A DNA stretch of 10,123 nt. Source: Bacteroidota bacterium. GTDB taxonomy: Bacteria; Bacteroidota; Rhodothermia; Rhodothermales; JABDKH01. The stretch lies in assembly GCA_020437385.1 (NCBI GenBank), contig JAGQWL010000392.1:1-10123 (forward strand), read 5' to 3'. The translations under genes were made by a program, and so were the position numbers. The notes beneath the pieces were generated by a model, which worked only from the letters and a program-made list of their open reading frames with translations, made no database searches and had not been told where the DNA came from. Every line of letters begins with the position of its first letter. Position 1 is the first letter of the stretch. Below are positions 7,528 through 10,123 of this stretch, piece by piece.

Positions 7528-7589
7528 CCACGGGAGAAAATTTCCAGACCATGTGACAAATCGTGAAATCGTCCGAAAACACATCCGAA

Positions 7590-7618
7590 TTGCCGAATCC
7601 GGCGCCACATCCTATTAT
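7590..7618 (+). promoter_or_regulatory. Candidate sigma70-like promoter TTGCCG-17-TATTAT reading towards the NfeD-like/flotillin operon.
   Basis: TTGCCG is at 7590-7595 and TATTAT at 7613-7618, with 17-nt spacing, about 105 nt upstream of the ATG at 7725. If the host is a Bacteroidota-type lineage the promoter consensus differs, so this is weak. Confidence 0.2.
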
Positions 7619-7724
7619 TAATCGCGTACACTGGCAGGTGGACATAACATATAGAGAGCACAGTGGAGCGGGCGGAGGCGATCACCGAACGTGACCGCGC
7701 CCCGGCTTCTCCGGAAAACTGCCG

Positions 7725-8375
7725 ATGAACGGTTTTTACCTCTTTTCGCTATTGGTCGGCGGGTTTTTTGTCATCCTGTCCGCCGTCGGATTTGGCGAAC
7801 ATGAAAGCGACACGGACTTCGACGCCGATGCCGATGTCGACCTTGACGTGGATGCGGACGCCGACGTGGATCTATCGGCGGATCACGATGTCGCACTCGA
7901 AGCTGAGGTCGTCGGGGACGCCGATCACGACTTCTCGGTAGGCGGGCACGATGCGGGAGTCGGGTTTATCGATCTGTTCTCACTTCGAGCCGTGTTTCTG
8001 TTTATGGCCTTCTTCGGTTTCTGCGGCTTCATGCTGAATCTTATCGGTGACGGAGCCGAACCAGTGACGGCGCTGTTCTCTTTTGCGTTTGGTGCAATCG
8101 CAGGACTCGGCGGCAACTGGGTAATAAAGAATTTTGCCTACCGGTCTGTGAGCAGCGATGTCAAGACCTCAGAGTTGCAGGGACAGACCGCAAAGGTCCT
8201 GCTTCCATTTGGCACTGAGGATAAGGGCAAGATCCTGCTCACGGCCAAAGGGCAGACTGTCCAGCTCGTTGCCAAGTCACTGTCGGATGAAACCAGTGAC
8301 GTTTTTGCGAAGGGTGACGAAGTTGTCATCGTCCGGATGAACGGACGAATCGCGGAAGTTGTGAAGCCTACGTAG
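7725..8375 (+). CDS. NfeD-like membrane protein (short form, YuaF-like). It has an N-terminal TM helix, an acidic His/Asp-rich insert, two TM helices, and a C-terminal OB-fold beta-barrel.
   Basis: TM1 is 'MNGFYLFSLLVGGFFVILSAVGFG'. The insert is 'EHESDTDFDADADVDLDVDADADVDLSADHDVALEAEVVGDADHDFSVGGHDAGVG'. The hydrophobic helices are 'FIDLFSLRAVFLFMAFFGFCGFMLNLIG' and 'VTALFSFAFGAIAGLGGNWVI'. The C-terminal 'GQTAKVLLPFGTEDKGKILLTAKGQTVQLVAKSLSDETSDVFAKGDEVVIVRMNGRIAEVV' matches the NfeD C-terminal OB-fold pattern. It sits immediately upstream of a flotillin gene, as in the yuaF-floT arrangement. Confidence 0.85.
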   Translation: MNGFYLFSLLVGGFFVILSAVGFGEHESDTDFDADADVDLDVDADADVDLSADHDVALEAEVVGDADHDFSVGGHDAGVGFIDLFSLRAVFLFMAFFGFCGFMLNLIGDGAEPVTALFSFAFGAIAGLGGNWVIKNFAYRSVSSDVKTSELQGQTAKVLLPFGTEDKGKILLTAKGQTVQLVAKSLSDETSDVFAKGDEVVIVRMNGRIAEVVKPT

Positions 8376-8422
8376 CAAGCGCTTGAATTTTAGTCTCATT
8401 TCTTAGAACGGGAATACGCATC

Positions 8423-9697
8423 ATGGACTTTGTTGTTGTTGGAGCCGCTGCCACGATTTTTGTGATCATGTCGATCATCGGAATCGTCCGAACAAACCTC
8501 AAAATCTGTCAGCCGAACGAGGTACTGATCTTCAGCGGCCGGAAGCACAAACTCACCAACGGCGATGTCGTAGGGTATCGCACGATCAAGGGCGGGCGCG
8601 GCTTTCGAATCCCGATTATCGAGAAGGTTGACCGGCTCGTTCTGAACACGATACCGATCGACCTGACTGTGCAGAACGCCTATTGCAAAGGCGGCATTCC
8701 GCTGACGGTGCGCGCGATCGCAAACGTCAAGATCGGTTCATCCGAAAACGAATTGAACAACGCCGTAGAGCGACTGCTTGGCAAGCAGTTGGAAGAGATC
8801 ATGGTCATCGCGAAGGAGACGCTCGAGGGCAACCTCCGAGGTGTGCTCGCGTCGCTGACGCCGGAAGAGGTCAACGAAGATCGCCTGAAGTTTGCCAAGG
8901 AGCTGTTGGAGGAAGCCGACAACGACCTGAGTGCGCTCGGACTTCAGCTTGACACGCTCAAGATCCAGAGCGTCGAGGATGACCGCGGTTACCTTGATGC
9001 AATCGGTCGCCAGAGCTCGGCAAACATTATTGCGGCGGCGCAGATCGTCGAAGCGGAAAAACGTGAAAACGCCAAGCTGGCCGAGGCGAAGGCCGACAAG
9101 TCGATCGCCCAGGCCGAGAACGAAGTTCGAATTGTGCGTGCGCGGCTTGCTGCCGAAGCCGAGGCAGAAGAAGCGAAGGTTTCGGTGGCCGCAAACGTCG
9201 CGGAAGCCAAGGCCAAGCAGGAGCTTGCGATCGAGCAGATTGCACTGGCAGAGAAAGAGCAACGCGCGCTTGTCGTCGTGAAGGCGGAGGCGGAGCGACG
9301 CGCGAAGGAAGAAGCCGCCATCGGCGCGGCCGCACGGATCCTCGAGGACGGCAAGGCCGAGGTCGAAGTGTTGCGCAAGAAGCTCGAGCTCTGGAACCAG
9401 GCCGGATCGGATGCCGAACGCCTGTTCCTGATTCAGATGCTGCCGGACATTCTGTCGCAGGTTGTCAGCACCGTCGCGGATCTCAAGATCGACAAGATTA
9501 CGGTGGTTGATAACGGCAGCGGACAAGGCGGCGGCGTGCCGGCGGTGTTCCAGCAGATCGCGGGGTCAACTCCGGCACTTCTCGAAAGCCTGAAGGCGTC
9601 GACGGGAATCGATGTTGCGGGGATGTTGAGTCGGGCGTCGGAGTCGCGCGATTTGCAATCGCGCGGAAACGACGATGATGGGAAGTTAGGAAGTTAG
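8423..9697 (+). CDS. Flotillin-family SPFH/band-7 protein (FloT/YuaG-like), 424 aa.
   Basis: An N-terminal hydrophobic anchor 'FVVVGAAATIFVIMSIIGIV' is followed by an SPFH domain ('LIFSGRKHK...GYRTIKGGRGFRIPIIEKVDRLVLNTIPIDLTV...GIPLTVRAIANVKI'). A long Ala/Glu/Lys-rich coiled-coil follows ('AEAKADKSIAQAENEVRIVRARLAAEAEAEEAKVSVAANVAEAKAKQELA...'), typical of flotillins. It sits 47 nt downstream of the NfeD-like gene. The last codons and stop (G K L G S *) are built from the tandem 8-mer 'ggaagtta' x2 (9682-9700). Confidence 0.9.
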   Translation: MDFVVVGAAATIFVIMSIIGIVRTNLKICQPNEVLIFSGRKHKLTNGDVVGYRTIKGGRGFRIPIIEKVDRLVLNTIPIDLTVQNAYCKGGIPLTVRAIANVKIGSSENELNNAVERLLGKQLEEIMVIAKETLEGNLRGVLASLTPEEVNEDRLKFAKELLEEADNDLSALGLQLDTLKIQSVEDDRGYLDAIGRQSSANIIAAAQIVEAEKRENAKLAEAKADKSIAQAENEVRIVRARLAAEAEAEEAKVSVAANVAEAKAKQELAIEQIALAEKEQRALVVVKAEAERRAKEEAAIGAAARILEDGKAEVEVLRKKLELWNQAGSDAERLFLIQMLPDILSQVVSTVADLKIDKITVVDNGSGQGGGVPAVFQQIAGSTPALLESLKASTGIDVAGMLSRASESRDLQSRGNDDDGKLGS

Positions 9698-10123
9698 GAT
9701 CCGGCCGGGACGAGCCGTCCAAGTTCCGGCCACGGCACGACCTGTCGTCCGGAGCCAGTTGGGTTTCCTGGAAGCACCAGAGTACACTTCGGGACCGCGC
9801 AGGACCGTGTCGTCGCAGTGCGACGACGAAGCTGGTGATGAACGAAACGTGGTTGCGTCAAAAGATGAATCGTGGATTCGTAGAATCGTGGCCCTCGCGG
9901 ACACCTCGCTCAGTTGCTGTGAACATCGAATACGGTGCCGCGTGGCAACGTTGATCGATGATTCTTGGAAGTCAAGGAATCCTGGAATCGGTGACTGGCG
10001 TACCTACGACAGGGAATCTGGGTTGTCAGTTGTCAGTTGCGGGCCGAAACCCAGAGGGGCATTCTGACAACTAACCTCTGACAACTTTGCCTATCACTGC
10101 TCACTTCGCGAGCGAAGCGAGCG
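9682..10123. repeat. Copy B region. It is a non-coding tract of short tandem arrays and palindromes downstream of the flotillin gene, ending in the second copy of the modular element (9942-10123; the window ends inside or just after it).
   Basis: Tandem 8-mer 'ggaagttaggaagttagga' is at 9682-9700. A 9-mer array 'gaatcgtggattcgtagaatcgtgg' is at 9867-9891. The leader 'gtggcaacgttgatcgatga' is at 9942-9961. The 8-mer array is at 9967-9998. The 7-mer array 'gttgtcagttgtcagttgc' at 10022-10040 has inverted partners 'ctgacaact' at 10064-10072 and 10078-10086. The 24-bp palindrome is at 10099-10122. No convincing ORF lies here; the track ORFs 9759..10067(+) and 9686..9904(-) are Cys/Arg-rich and non-protein-like. 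Confidence 0.7.
10099..10122. repeat. 24-bp imperfect palindrome 'GCTCaCTTCGCgaGCGAAGcGAGC' (REP-like), copy 2.
   Basis: Identical to 5973-5996 except for one base at the asymmetric position. The preceding 'cactgc' (10095-10100) is also shared with 5969-5974. Confidence 0.7.

Noticed and set aside
8376-8385. Perfect 10-bp palindrome CAAGCGCTTG immediately after the NfeD-like stop codon.
   Set aside because: It is too short to form a stable RNA hairpin (a 4-bp stem with a 2-nt loop). With no T-run it is unlikely to be a terminator, since the flotillin gene is clearly co-transcribed 47 nt later. It could be a minor protein-binding site, but there is no supporting evidence.
5655-10123. Possible CRISPR array, given the many short tandem repeats.
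   Set aside because: Repeat units are only 7-9 nt and directly abut each other, with no 25-40 nt unique spacers. No cas genes are visible. These are microsatellite-like arrays, not CRISPR.

Overview
This 10.1-kb window is GC-rich and densely coding. From 7437 down to position 1 every gene is on the minus strand. In that order they are a Rad52/22-family single-strand annealing protein (DdrA/Sak-like), an isochorismatase-family cysteine hydrolase, a 1020-aa UvrA with an unusual ~77-aa acidic Gly/Ser-rich C-terminal tail, a small overlapping hypothetical ORF, a secreted M24 metallopeptidase, and the N-terminal ~195 aa of an actin-like (ParM/actin-fold) ATPase that runs off the left edge. A divergent intergenic region at 7438-7724 carries TGACA-type palindromes. 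On the plus strand it is followed by a canonical NfeD-like membrane protein and flotillin (SPFH) pair, which is a well-known housekeeping operon. The feature not explained by coding is a modular non-coding repeat present twice, at about 5739-6032 and about 9942-10123 (a related unit also at 9682-9700). Each copy contains a shared 19-nt leader, tandem arrays of GGAAT-type 8-mers and TCACTG/TTGTCA-type 7-mers, and a conserved 24-bp imperfect palindrome (REP-like). In two places the 8-mer arrays run into the 3' ends of CDSs and supply their last codons and stop codon. Start codons generally lack Shine-Dalgarno motifs, and several proteins carry acidic low-complexity inserts. I cannot confirm any new protein-coding system from sequence alone. 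The Rad52-like/hydrolase pair next to uvrA and the repeat family are the most check-worthy items.
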